Source: Promethearchaeota archaeon (GTDB lineage: Archaea; Asgardarchaeota; Lokiarchaeia; Sigyniarchaeales; SOKP01). From it: a stretch of DNA of 38,385 nt. Of the stretch, positions 9,901 through 17,120 are shown in pieces. A program made the translations under genes and the position numbers. A model generated the notes under the pieces. It was given only the letters and a program-made list of their open reading frames with translations, did no database searches and had not been told where the DNA came from. Positions within the stretch are counted from its first letter, which is position 1. Each line of letters begins with the position of its first letter. The stretch is from assembly GCA_048940445.1 (NCBI GenBank), contig JBHLON010000031.1:1-38385 (forward strand). Direction: 5' to 3'.

Positions 9901-10389
9901 TTCTTCTAAGAATGCACAAAGTTCGATCGGTTTTAGATTTTTAATCACATCAATTTTTCCTTGACTTACAAAAGCAAATTGATTATCAGGATTTATCCCT
10001 AGGTTAGAAATTATCTCTTGTATATAATTTGCATGAACTCTATTAAAACTATTGTCAGTAGTTCTTTCTATCTCAAAGTAAGGAGAGTGAGCCCTCACTA
10101 CAATTCTTCTTATCTTAATTATTTCTTCATTTTTTTGTATATGAACTTCAACCATCGCATGATCTTGCCCATTCCTAATAAAATCAGACCATCTTTTATA
10201 TCTTTCATCCCTTTCATTACTTCCAAGAGCAAATTTGACTGCTTGAAATATTGATGTTTTTCCTGACCAATTTGGTCCAATTATAATCACAAATTTTGAA
10301 TCCTCGAATTTTACTTCATCTCTTTGAAAACTCAAAAAATTTTCCAGAATAACTTTTTTTAAATAAATCCTTTCAGTTTCAGTAGAAAT
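6958..10389 (-). CDS. smc: SMC ATPase, Smc5/6-like (about 1143 aa, probable ATT start)
   Basis: IYLKKVILENFLSF N-terminal strand upstream of the ORF-track start, Walker A GPNWSGKT, Q-loop FVSQG, long coiled coils, hinge VKGPIIEFL...AIESVLG, signature LSGGQ, Walker B/D-loop FDEAGMFLD. Confidence 0.92.
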   Translation of the reverse strand: MSTETERIYLKKVILENFLSFQRDEVKFEDSKFVIIIGPNWSGKTSIFQAVKFALGSNERDERYKRWSDFIRNGQDHAMVEVHIQKNEEIIKIRRIVVRAHSPYFEIERTTDNSFNRVHANYIQEIISNLGINPDNQFAFVSQGKIDVIKNLKPIELCAFLEEGIGLKGLRDEILLQKRGILNLNQEFQSILSRQNTLNVNLNLLQPKIQRLEEKHKLIEKKESFTDELLFANRQKLEENIIYLKEKIKDQQISINDIKKISEAYETALLEKKAKLNEIEENINVLSKDLGQLTYKKKSLIEKIQIWEKEKILAKKELDNLNLKIINSEKAFENTESHSKKLDDEINLIQKEILSLKEKIDELIEEQNRLGKKLKQNEDFLREYRNLISKKGAYNNKIEENEIKIKEINSEINEIFQSFKDIEHKLEKNKWFLDNPTSDLLFDIDERIKNYSKDLFELGKKLSNLQFKRTNLLENFKKLQVSLRERKVIFPTSINILKEEIERRELSDKVKGPIIEFLQYDDKLSYAIESVLGEKLLFSFVVNDWDTLNLLNKIKNKYNAYCNIYISKKLDIRPLPEFSADNVIGYLAELIRVVNNDIDIQKVIYSKVRNCLVVEDYYSAIQIYKKQNFRGKCVTLKGEQLISYNYVYETPFQKHLKGLLSVSTLKEELTRLESEIESINKRISDLKVKYSAIEQNQKDLYEKKEAFNDLLYNFNQKQRLTSKKNHLYDLVHNLETDINKLQNEISDTERQIQSSESQRDPEIFKLNDRIEEIPDELHFYNEDLKKWDTKLNMNMQQIQEVNEKLTQQKEKLKILKQDYEAKKERFQSSDKKAFEIYKNLESIEDDIDEREADISKLRKQKLEIEHEKSDIEKDHIDIKIKIEQEFLKKTTLEQELSSHEKDLERINSEISSAVLNEEIKIRPIADIKEDILRLDKKLLKYLDVDDSILIEKEQIISSMKEIAKHQKSLEKDIKSAIKTETKLEDTYFEKFRTTLNDLELKINQKFESANIKSFCSLNLVGSFEDLGIEIKAATTKEQLKSFKALSGGQISMISICLILSLQEIKPSPLCMFDEAGMFLDDKNSEASYQMIKATLEKNPVQLLMFLPKSSTNLYLLADKLIGVARIGRKEVSTIFKPKILKEK

Positions 10390-10397
10390 CTTGGTAA

Positions 10398-10403
10398 CCT
10401 CCT
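10398..10403 (-). promoter_or_regulatory. Shine-Dalgarno AGGAGG, 8 nt upstream of the ATT codon opening the SMC frame
   Basis: Minus strand reads AAAAGGAGGTTACCAAG-ATT-TCT-ACT. Confidence 0.7.
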
Positions 10404-10408
10404 TTTAT

Positions 10409-11656
10409 TTATCTCCCAAAGCTCTGTCTTATGTGGTCAATTTTCTTTTTTGCTTTTTCTAAATGAATTTGGGCTCTATTTGGAGAATTATTTAAAATAA
10501 AAGGATAATTTGCTAGTAATTTTCTTTCATTCTCTTCAAGAATCTCATTTTTATTTAATTTATCAATAATTATGACTAGCTCTGTATAATTCTTAGAAGC
10601 CGCATTTTCATACAATTGGCTTAGCATAAATTCAGAAATAGGTTGATCCTGAATCTCACTCACAATTGACTGTAACTTGGTAAAAGCTAACTCTTTGTCT
10701 TTAAAATGCTTTTCTGTAGCTAGTGATTCCCGATCTAAATCCTCAAACTCATCTCGAAATCTCGGATCCTTATAATAAATTGATGGTTTGAATTCCCCTG
10801 AATCGATTAAGTTGGTAATAACATCTGTTATTTCATTAGATGTTTTATTTAGCTCAAAATTAAGAAAATGCTTAAAAATAGCTAACTTAATAAGGTTCTT
10901 AATGTCTAAAATTTCCCAATCTCTAGTATAATTGATTAGTGTACTTATATCAAAAACAATCTTTGGCTTTCCTTCGGAATAATTCCTTAAAAACACCTCT
11001 CTCTCTTTAATACCTATAGGGGGAACTCTAAGGACTAAATCAAAGATCTGGTAAACATTATATGAATTTTCCCTTATATCATTAAAATTTTCATTTAACC
11101 ACACTAAAATGCTTCCATTTTTTAAATATTCAGAATTATACCTTTTTTGAAAAGTTAAAAAGACTTTAAGCAAATTTCTCCCCTTAAATAAATTAGCTGG
11201 TAATTCGCTTTGATTTATTAATATCAATCTGTTTAATTTTACTTTCTCAAAATTTTCAGGATATGTTTTAGACTCATTCTGAACTCTTTCTTTATGTTGG
11301 GTTATGTTCAACATGTTTTGAAAGATTAAATTAAAATTGTTTAAAAATTCTGATGGTGATCTTAATATTTCAAAATAATCTAACTCTATAAAATCTAAAT
11401 AGTAGTTTTTTGATATTAATCTCAAAAAGTTAGAAATGTCTGTACCTGGGGAAATATTAACTAGAAGTAAACCATTTGGCTCAAAATATGGCTGAATTTC
11501 TGAATATTCATCACTGGTTAACAAAACCTTAAAATAATTCATAATATCATTATACTTCTCCCGAAGAAAAATATCTTCTTTCTCAACTTTAATATTCGAA
11601 GGCAGGATTATCCGATAATAACTAATCTTTTTTAGTTCATTTTCAGAGTTTTTCAT
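10409..11656 (-). CDS. degenerate (probably inactive) AAA+ ATPase-like protein
   Basis: PNGLLLVNISPGTD sits at the Walker A position without GKT. FDLVLRVPPIGIKEREVFL...DISTLINYTRDWEILDIKNLIKLA resembles the classic AAA lid (FD..I.vplP....R..IL...TeG.sgaDi..L...A). Confidence 0.6.
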   Translation of the reverse strand: MKNSENELKKISYYRIILPSNIKVEKEDIFLREKYNDIMNYFKVLLTSDEYSEIQPYFEPNGLLLVNISPGTDISNFLRLISKNYYLDFIELDYFEILRSPSEFLNNFNLIFQNMLNITQHKERVQNESKTYPENFEKVKLNRLILINQSELPANLFKGRNLLKVFLTFQKRYNSEYLKNGSILVWLNENFNDIRENSYNVYQIFDLVLRVPPIGIKEREVFLRNYSEGKPKIVFDISTLINYTRDWEILDIKNLIKLAIFKHFLNFELNKTSNEITDVITNLIDSGEFKPSIYYKDPRFRDEFEDLDRESLATEKHFKDKELAFTKLQSIVSEIQDQPISEFMLSQLYENAASKNYTELVIIIDKLNKNEILEENERKLLANYPFILNNSPNRAQIHLEKAKKKIDHIRQSFGR

Positions 11657-11773
11657 ATATATAAACTCAATCTAAAAACATTAAACATTATCTACATGGG
11701 AATTTATACATAAATATTTAGCGGTAAACCTTATTCCGACAAAAAATCTCCTTAAGATTAAATTAAAGACCAG

Positions 11774-12178
11774 TTATTCAAAATGATATTCACGATAAAA
11801 ATTCATTAATTGCTCTTTAAATTCATTTTCTAAAAGACTATAATATGTAAATTTTCCTTTTTTCCACCCACGAATTAGATTGGCTTTTTCTAACTCTCTT
11901 AGATGATGAGATATTGAAGGTTGAGACTTATCCAAAATAACTTCTAATTCACATACACAACGATCTTTTTCTTTTAATGCATTAATAATAGTTAATCGTT
12001 CCCTATTTCCTAAAGCATTTAAGAATGTTAATATAGAAGATGTTTTATCATCTAACTTTAAATTTTCTCCTAATTCTTGTAAATTATTAAAAATTTTTTC
12101 ACTATCAGGACATTCTTCACAGCTACATAGCATTTCTTTGATTTCTGTTTTGCGATCGACTTTGATAAAAATCACCAA
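11774..12178 (-). CDS. arsR: ArsR/SmtB metalloregulatory repressor
   Basis: ALGNRERLTII, RCVCELEVIL-DKSQPSISHHLRELEKANLI, KKGKFTYYSL, plus extra N-terminal CSCEEC. Divergent from the acr3 operon. The exact start is uncertain (12178/12175/12166/12133). Confidence 0.92.
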   Translation of the reverse strand: MVIFIKVDRKTEIKEMLCSCEECPDSEKIFNNLQELGENLKLDDKTSSILTFLNALGNRERLTIINALKEKDRCVCELEVILDKSQPSISHHLRELEKANLIRGWKKGKFTYYSLLENEFKEQLMNFYREYHFE

Positions 12179-12244
12179 AAAAGTCTTATTATTATTTATA
12201 AATAAAACATTAAATTATAAAAATTTTATCCAAATTGAAGAACC

Positions 12245-12258
12245 TCGATTCACATCGA
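12245..12258. promoter_or_regulatory. inverted repeat TCGAT-N4-ATCGA in the arsR/operon divergent promoter, candidate ArsR operator
   Basis: Perfect 5-bp inverted repeat next to a TTTTTAT TATA-like element. It is short, so a chance match is possible. Confidence 0.3.
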
Positions 12259-12323
12259 AACCTTTTTATTTGAATAACTCTATTTATATCTTAAGCTCTA
12301 ACCATAAATGAATAAAGTAAAAT

Positions 12324-13067
12324 ATGAAAAAAAAAGTAAAGTTGACGGTTGGAGTGGTTTCTGATGGAAAATATGGGGATAGAGCCTATGAAAACATCAA
12401 AACTAAGTTTGAAACTAAATGGATACTCGTTCCAGAAATACCATCAAATGTTATGTTAGATGATTTGGTTGATCTAAACGTCCCTGAATGCGACCTTTAT
12501 ATTTCATACGTTCGTCATCCTGACATTATAATTCAACTTGTAGAACTCCAAAAGCCAATAATATTAGGAGTACTTCCTGGAATTGGTCTATATATACAAG
12601 CTAGAAAAGTCAATCCTAATGTTATTTATGCTCCTACGATGTGTTCTTTGGAACATAACACTGGCATTCCTGAGGTTGATTCCTTTACTACATATTTTGG
12701 CCGTCCTATTTATCAATTCAATTTAAATGAGAAGGGAGTAATTAACAAAATTGATATCCAACGATCATCTTTATGTGGATCTTCTAAGGCTGGAGCAGAA
12801 TTTCTCTCAAATAAAATTTTTGAAGAAAATACTCTTCAAAATTTCGCATTAAAGGTCTGTTATGAATGCCGGGCTCCACGTTTTGGTCATACATGTGATA
12901 AAGAAGTAGCTGGGCTTATTCATCTCGTTGCACTCTTTAATAGTATTTCACCTGAAGTTTTCAATAAACTTACTGATAATTTAAAAGCCTTCATTAAAGA
13001 CATAAGAAAAGAATATGAAAGAAGAACTGAAAATTCAAATATTATCTTAAAAGAGGTTGTTCGATAA
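12324..13067 (+). CDS. DUF166 family Cys-containing protein
   Basis: GKYGDRA, HPD, MCSL, FGRP, RSSLCGS, YECRA and AGLIH pattern typical of archaeal DUF166. Confidence 0.75.
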   Translation: MKKKVKLTVGVVSDGKYGDRAYENIKTKFETKWILVPEIPSNVMLDDLVDLNVPECDLYISYVRHPDIIIQLVELQKPIILGVLPGIGLYIQARKVNPNVIYAPTMCSLEHNTGIPEVDSFTTYFGRPIYQFNLNEKGVINKIDIQRSSLCGSSKAGAEFLSNKIFEENTLQNFALKVCYECRAPRFGHTCDKEVAGLIHLVALFNSISPEVFNKLTDNLKAFIKDIRKEYERRTENSNIILKEVVR

Positions 13068-13070
13068 ATT

Positions 13071-14129
13071 ATGCAAGAAGAAAAATTCGATCAAATAGAA
13101 GAAATCGTAGAAGAGAAAGGGAAAAGTATTGGGTTTTTCGAGAAGTTACTTCCATTATGGGTTGCATTATGCATTCTTATTGGGATTGTTATATCTCAGA
13201 TTATTCCTGGAATAAGTATCATAATTGATTCTTTAAAAATTGGTGAGATTTCAATACCAATCGGGATTTGTTTGTTTTTAATGATGTATCCTGCTATGTT
13301 AAATCTTCAAACATCGGAATTAAAGAAATTGGGAAAAAAACCGAAACCTATTATTTTAACTCTGATATCTAATTGGTTAATTGCCCCTTTCATAGGTCTT
13401 GCGATGGTAAAATTGTTTTTATCAGGAAATGAAGAACTTTCAGTTGCTGTCATATTACTTTCAAGTTCTCCATGTACTGCAATGGTTCTTGTATGGGGGT
13501 GGATGGCTCGAGGAAATCAAGAACAAAATGTTATTAATACTAGTTTGAATACAATAACAATAATATTTGGGTATGCTCCGATGGTTACATTATTGACTGG
13601 TATTCAGAATATTCCAATCAATTGGATACTTTTGTTATTGTCAACATTGGTTTTTATTGGACTCCCTTTATTATTGGGAATTATAACTAAAAGAATTATA
13701 ATTTCTTCTAAAGGACCAGATTGGTTCAATAAAACATATCGACCGTTAGTAGGAAAAATTTCTATTTTAGCGTTATTAACTACCTTGGTTGTCCTCTTTT
13801 CTTTGAATGGAACTGTTTTGATACAGAATCCTGATCTACTGTTATTAGTAAGTATTCCCCTTTTGGTTGGATTTGCTATTGTAGTAGGATATAACATTCT
13901 AATAACTAAATTTTTTAAACTAAAATATAAAGAGGCAGTTATAACTGTAATTATTGGATCCTCGAGTCATTTTGAAATTGCAATTGCTACTGCTATCGCA
14001 ATATACGGGGTGGGTTCAATTGCCGCATTAGGTACTACAATGGGCTTATTCTGGGAAGTACCAGTGATGTTATCAATCGTATATTTAGGCCGATATTTAA
14101 GAAAAAGAGGATTTTGGAAATCTGAATAG
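13071..14129 (+). CDS. acr3: ACR3-family arsenite efflux transporter
   Basis: FFEKLLPLWVALCI, SIPIGICLFLMMYP, SNWLIAPF, PCTAMVLVW, SSHFEIAIATAI and EVPVML motifs; about 10 TM helices. Confidence 0.95.
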   Translation: MQEEKFDQIEEIVEEKGKSIGFFEKLLPLWVALCILIGIVISQIIPGISIIIDSLKIGEISIPIGICLFLMMYPAMLNLQTSELKKLGKKPKPIILTLISNWLIAPFIGLAMVKLFLSGNEELSVAVILLSSSPCTAMVLVWGWMARGNQEQNVINTSLNTITIIFGYAPMVTLLTGIQNIPINWILLLLSTLVFIGLPLLLGIITKRIIISSKGPDWFNKTYRPLVGKISILALLTTLVVLFSLNGTVLIQNPDLLLLVSIPLLVGFAIVVGYNILITKFFKLKYKEAVITVIIGSSSHFEIAIATAIAIYGVGSIAALGTTMGLFWEVPVMLSIVYLGRYLRKRGFWKSE

Positions 14130-14171
14130 GATTATTTTATTATAAAATACAAGAAAAAAGGTATATATGTA

Positions 14172-15836
14172 ATGGCTGTTGTATATATGCGTAAATTGGA
14201 ACAAGAACCTGAAAGTTATGATTCAAAATTTACAATTCTTACAAAGGGAGTAAATATTGAAGTTCAAAATTGGGTTCTTGATCATATAAATACTGTAGAA
14301 ACAGTTTTAGAGATTGGATGTGGTACTGGTGCACTTGCCTCTAAAATAGCATTAAAGGGTAACGATGTTGTTGCGATTGATAAAGATTTTAAGATGATTA
14401 CGTATGCTATGCAGAATTATCCTCAAGAAGAAAATTTAAAACTCAAATATCAAATTGGATCTTTTTCAGATATGCCCATTGAAGATTCCTCTAAAGATGT
14501 AGTTGTGAGTACTTTTATGTTATCAGAATTGCGTCCATTTGAACAACAAATTTTTCTTCGAAATGTATGGAAAGTACTGAAACCAGAAGGGCGTTTAATT
14601 ATTGGAGCTGAATTTTTACCTTCAGGATTTTGGAGACTAATATTTAATATTAAAAGATGGTGGTATAAGAAAAAAATTAGAAGACTTCGATTGAAAAGCA
14701 CTTTCCGCGTTAAATGGTTCTTTAATTATTTACAGCAAATAGGATTTAAATTTAATACTCAAAAAAAGTGGAAACATGGGTCCATCCAAGCACTGGTACT
14801 ACAAAAGATAAATATCAATCAGAATAATGAACCCGGCTATTATCGCCCTAAACCAAAAAAATTCAAAGGAATTCAGTCTCAATTACGGATTTTTCGATGT
14901 ATCTTTACTGGTCAAGTTGATCATGTTCCTATTGAACCTGGAATATATGAATCTGGTACTCCTGATGAAAATTCCCCGATTATCGTAACTGCAAATTATG
15001 ACTATACCTACATTAAAGTAATGCGAGACTTGAAAAGGATCAATGCATGGGTATTATGTGTAGATTCTGATGGAATTAATGTGTGGTGTGCAGCTCGCGG
15101 AAATAATTTCGGAAATTCCCAAATCCTTGAGGCGGTAGGAGCATCTGGAATTCAGTATATTTCTAATAAAAAGACTTTATTGCTTCCTCAACTTTCTGCA
15201 GGGGGAGTCGCTATTCCAGAATTACCAATAAATTCTGATAAATTCCCATTTAAAGTTAAATATGGTCCTGTGTGGTCCAAATTTATCCCCGATTATTTAA
15301 AAGAAAAACCCTCTAAGAAATCAGATAAAATCAAGCTTGCTAAATTTACCACATCTCAACGTATCCGTGCTGGAATTACTCATACTACATTTCTCTTTCG
15401 AAAAGTGTTTCTTTTACCCATTGTTGTTTTACTAATACTATTTTTGGGCTTAACAATCTTTACAAATTTTGATAAGTTATGGTGGATTGGCGAAGTTTGC
15501 CTTTGGATAGTTCTCACTAATGTAATTCTATTTTCCTTGTTTCCTCTTTCAAAATTTACTCAGAGGTTTATAATTAAGGGAATTTTCTATGGATTTATTA
15601 ATATTGTCATTCTAGGTGCACTAACATGGTGGCTACATAATTCAATCTTTTATACGTTAATTAATCTGGGATTTTTCTTCTGGATTGCTTTCTTTTCAAC
15701 AATGTCTTTTAGCGGTTACACGATGGCAACAAGTCCACGAAAAATTGAAAATGAATATCCCCTGTTTAATATTTTAAATAAAATATTTTTAGTAATAAGT
15801 TTAATTTCACTAACAATTGGAGTCATATTTGTTTAA
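14172..15836 (+). CDS. fusion: class I SAM methyltransferase + HgcA-like (CdhD-family) corrinoid-binding domain + TM domain
   Basis: LEIGCGTG and VLKPEGRL methyltransferase motifs. EPGIY..G.PDENSPIIVTANY, DSDGINVWCAARG (cap-helix Cys306), LLLPQLSAGGV and YGPV motifs. 4-5 TM helices ending FSGYTMATS. Confidence 0.88.
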   Translation: MAVVYMRKLEQEPESYDSKFTILTKGVNIEVQNWVLDHINTVETVLEIGCGTGALASKIALKGNDVVAIDKDFKMITYAMQNYPQEENLKLKYQIGSFSDMPIEDSSKDVVVSTFMLSELRPFEQQIFLRNVWKVLKPEGRLIIGAEFLPSGFWRLIFNIKRWWYKKKIRRLRLKSTFRVKWFFNYLQQIGFKFNTQKKWKHGSIQALVLQKININQNNEPGYYRPKPKKFKGIQSQLRIFRCIFTGQVDHVPIEPGIYESGTPDENSPIIVTANYDYTYIKVMRDLKRINAWVLCVDSDGINVWCAARGNNFGNSQILEAVGASGIQYISNKKTLLLPQLSAGGVAIPELPINSDKFPFKVKYGPVWSKFIPDYLKEKPSKKSDKIKLAKFTTSQRIRAGITHTTFLFRKVFLLPIVVLLILFLGLTIFTNFDKLWWIGEVCLWIVLTNVILFSLFPLSKFTQRFIIKGIFYGFINIVILGALTWWLHNSIFYTLINLGFFFWIAFFSTMSFSGYTMATSPRKIENEYPLFNILNKIFLVISLISLTIGVIFV

Positions 15837-15872
15837 ATAATATAAAAAATTAATAAAATTGAAGATTAGGAG

Positions 15873-16187
15873 GTGTTATATATAACAGAAATAGATTTTA
15901 AATCATTAAATATAACAGAAATCGTAAAGGATTTGCGTATCTTTATCAATAAAGATCTCTGTAATGGTTGTGGGTTGTGCGGAGAGATTTGTCCTTTTGG
16001 ATTACCAAAACCAATTGAAGATGGAAAGTATGAAATATCAAATGCTAATCTCTGTACAGAATGTAGTGCGTGTAAAAGAAATTGCCCCACAAAGGCTATT
16101 ATCATGCAAGAACAACCTGGATGTGGATGTTTATGGAATGTTAGAAGTAGAGTAAAAAATTCTAATCAATCTTGTAATTGTTCTTAA
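15873..16187 (+). CDS. 2x[4Fe-4S] ferredoxin, HgcB-like
   Basis: CNGCGLCGEICP and CTECSACKRNCP, then PGCGC and C-terminal CNC. Directly downstream of the hgcA-like gene. The true start may be ATA at 15882. Confidence 0.88.
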   Translation: MLYITEIDFKSLNITEIVKDLRIFINKDLCNGCGLCGEICPFGLPKPIEDGKYEISNANLCTECSACKRNCPTKAIIMQEQPGCGCLWNVRSRVKNSNQSCNCS

Positions 16188-16205
16188 AATCAAGTGGTTT
16201 AAGTC

Positions 16206-16478
16206 ATGGAAAAAAATAATAAGTTAAACGTGGATATTTATGTGCCTCTAGATAGCTGTGCTTGCGAATGGGACAAGTTTATGAATCGTGTATTCGTAGT
16301 CTTGACACCCTATATTAAGCATATTAATTACAATACAAAAAATCTTAATTCTGAAGAAGCTCGAAGCCTAAATTTACATGGAAACTCTATTGTTATAGAA
16401 AATGAAAAAAAGTATACGGCTGTATTTTCATTAGAAAGAGAATTGCCTGCTCTGCTTAAAGAAAAAGGTTTGATTTAA
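16206..16478 (+). CDS. small thioredoxin-fold-like protein with CxC motif (ArsD-like metallochaperone candidate)
   Basis: VDIYVPLDSCACEW near the N-terminus of a 90-aa ORF within the operon. Fold assignment is by eye. Confidence 0.55.
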   Translation: MEKNNKLNVDIYVPLDSCACEWDKFMNRVFVVLTPYIKHINYNTKNLNSEEARSLNLHGNSIVIENEKKYTAVFSLERELPALLKEKGLI

Positions 16479-16515
16479 GTATTATCATAAGACTGGTGAA
16501 TTAAAGATTAAAAAC

Positions 16516-16863
16516 GTGGAATTTGAAATTAGTATTCCAATTAAAGGATTACAACGGGGTAAAAAATATTCTCTTGAAATCGAAGATAATACTACATTTA
16601 TAGAAGCTTTAGCATTGGTTGATAAAATTGAGATGGGAGATTCCATTAATTCGATATTTCCATTGTATGATAGTCACATTCATAGCTACCTTCAATTATT
16701 TGTAAATATAGATGAGGGTTCATTATATGGTGATGTTGGAATATTTGCATATGCACCTGATGATAATGGAGCTATGCGTAAATTTAACCCAATCAGAAAT
16801 AATATAGAATTCAACATATATCCTGACAGTTTTATTCAATTACAACCGGATGTAGGATGTTGA
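16516..16863 (+). CDS. ubiquitin/MoaD-like beta-grasp protein ending in Gly-Cys
   Basis: Strand-strand-helix opening (EFEISIP..KYSLEIEDNTTFIEALALVD) and C-terminal YPDSFIQLQPDVGC, paralleling the MoaD ending l.dgD.v.i.Ppv.GG. Confidence 0.55.
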   Translation: MEFEISIPIKGLQRGKKYSLEIEDNTTFIEALALVDKIEMGDSINSIFPLYDSHIHSYLQLFVNIDEGSLYGDVGIFAYAPDDNGAMRKFNPIRNNIEFNIYPDSFIQLQPDVGC

Positions 16864-17120
16864 TGAGAGAAAGTAAAAGAAAGATTAGACATGGGAGCTT
16901 TGAAGGCAATTATTCTTAAAAAATACGGCAAGGAGAATAAATATTTTACCCATTATTTTCAAAAACTATGATTTGGATGATATCTTTTAAAAAAATTTAG
17001 TAAAAGGTTGACAAAGGGATTGTATCCTCTATTTTTTATACTACGTATTTAAATTGATCTCCTTTTTTTTTAAAATCTGAAACTTAAAGAATAATACCTT
17101 ATTTAAATTTTCGAGTACTA

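Noticed and set aside
5753-11656. Wadjet/MksBEFG anti-plasmid system or Rad50/SbcC
   Set aside because: There is no Toprim nuclease (JetD) or Mre11 gene and no CxxC hook, and the head motifs are Smc5/6-like.
14172-15836. Calling the gene bona fide hgcA or arsM
   Set aside because: The cap-helix motif deviates (AARG versus AAGK), and some HgcA-like proteins do not methylate Hg. The methyltransferase domain lacks the multiple conserved Cys of ArsM.
15879-15920. Direct repeat ATATAACAGAAAT at the ferredoxin 5' end
   Set aside because: Only two copies within coding sequence (ITEI twice); not a CRISPR array or a mobile-element end.
16867-16971. 34-codon open stretch after the tandem TGA, as a read-through extension
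   Set aside because: It needs two consecutive recoding events and the peptide has no recognisable features.
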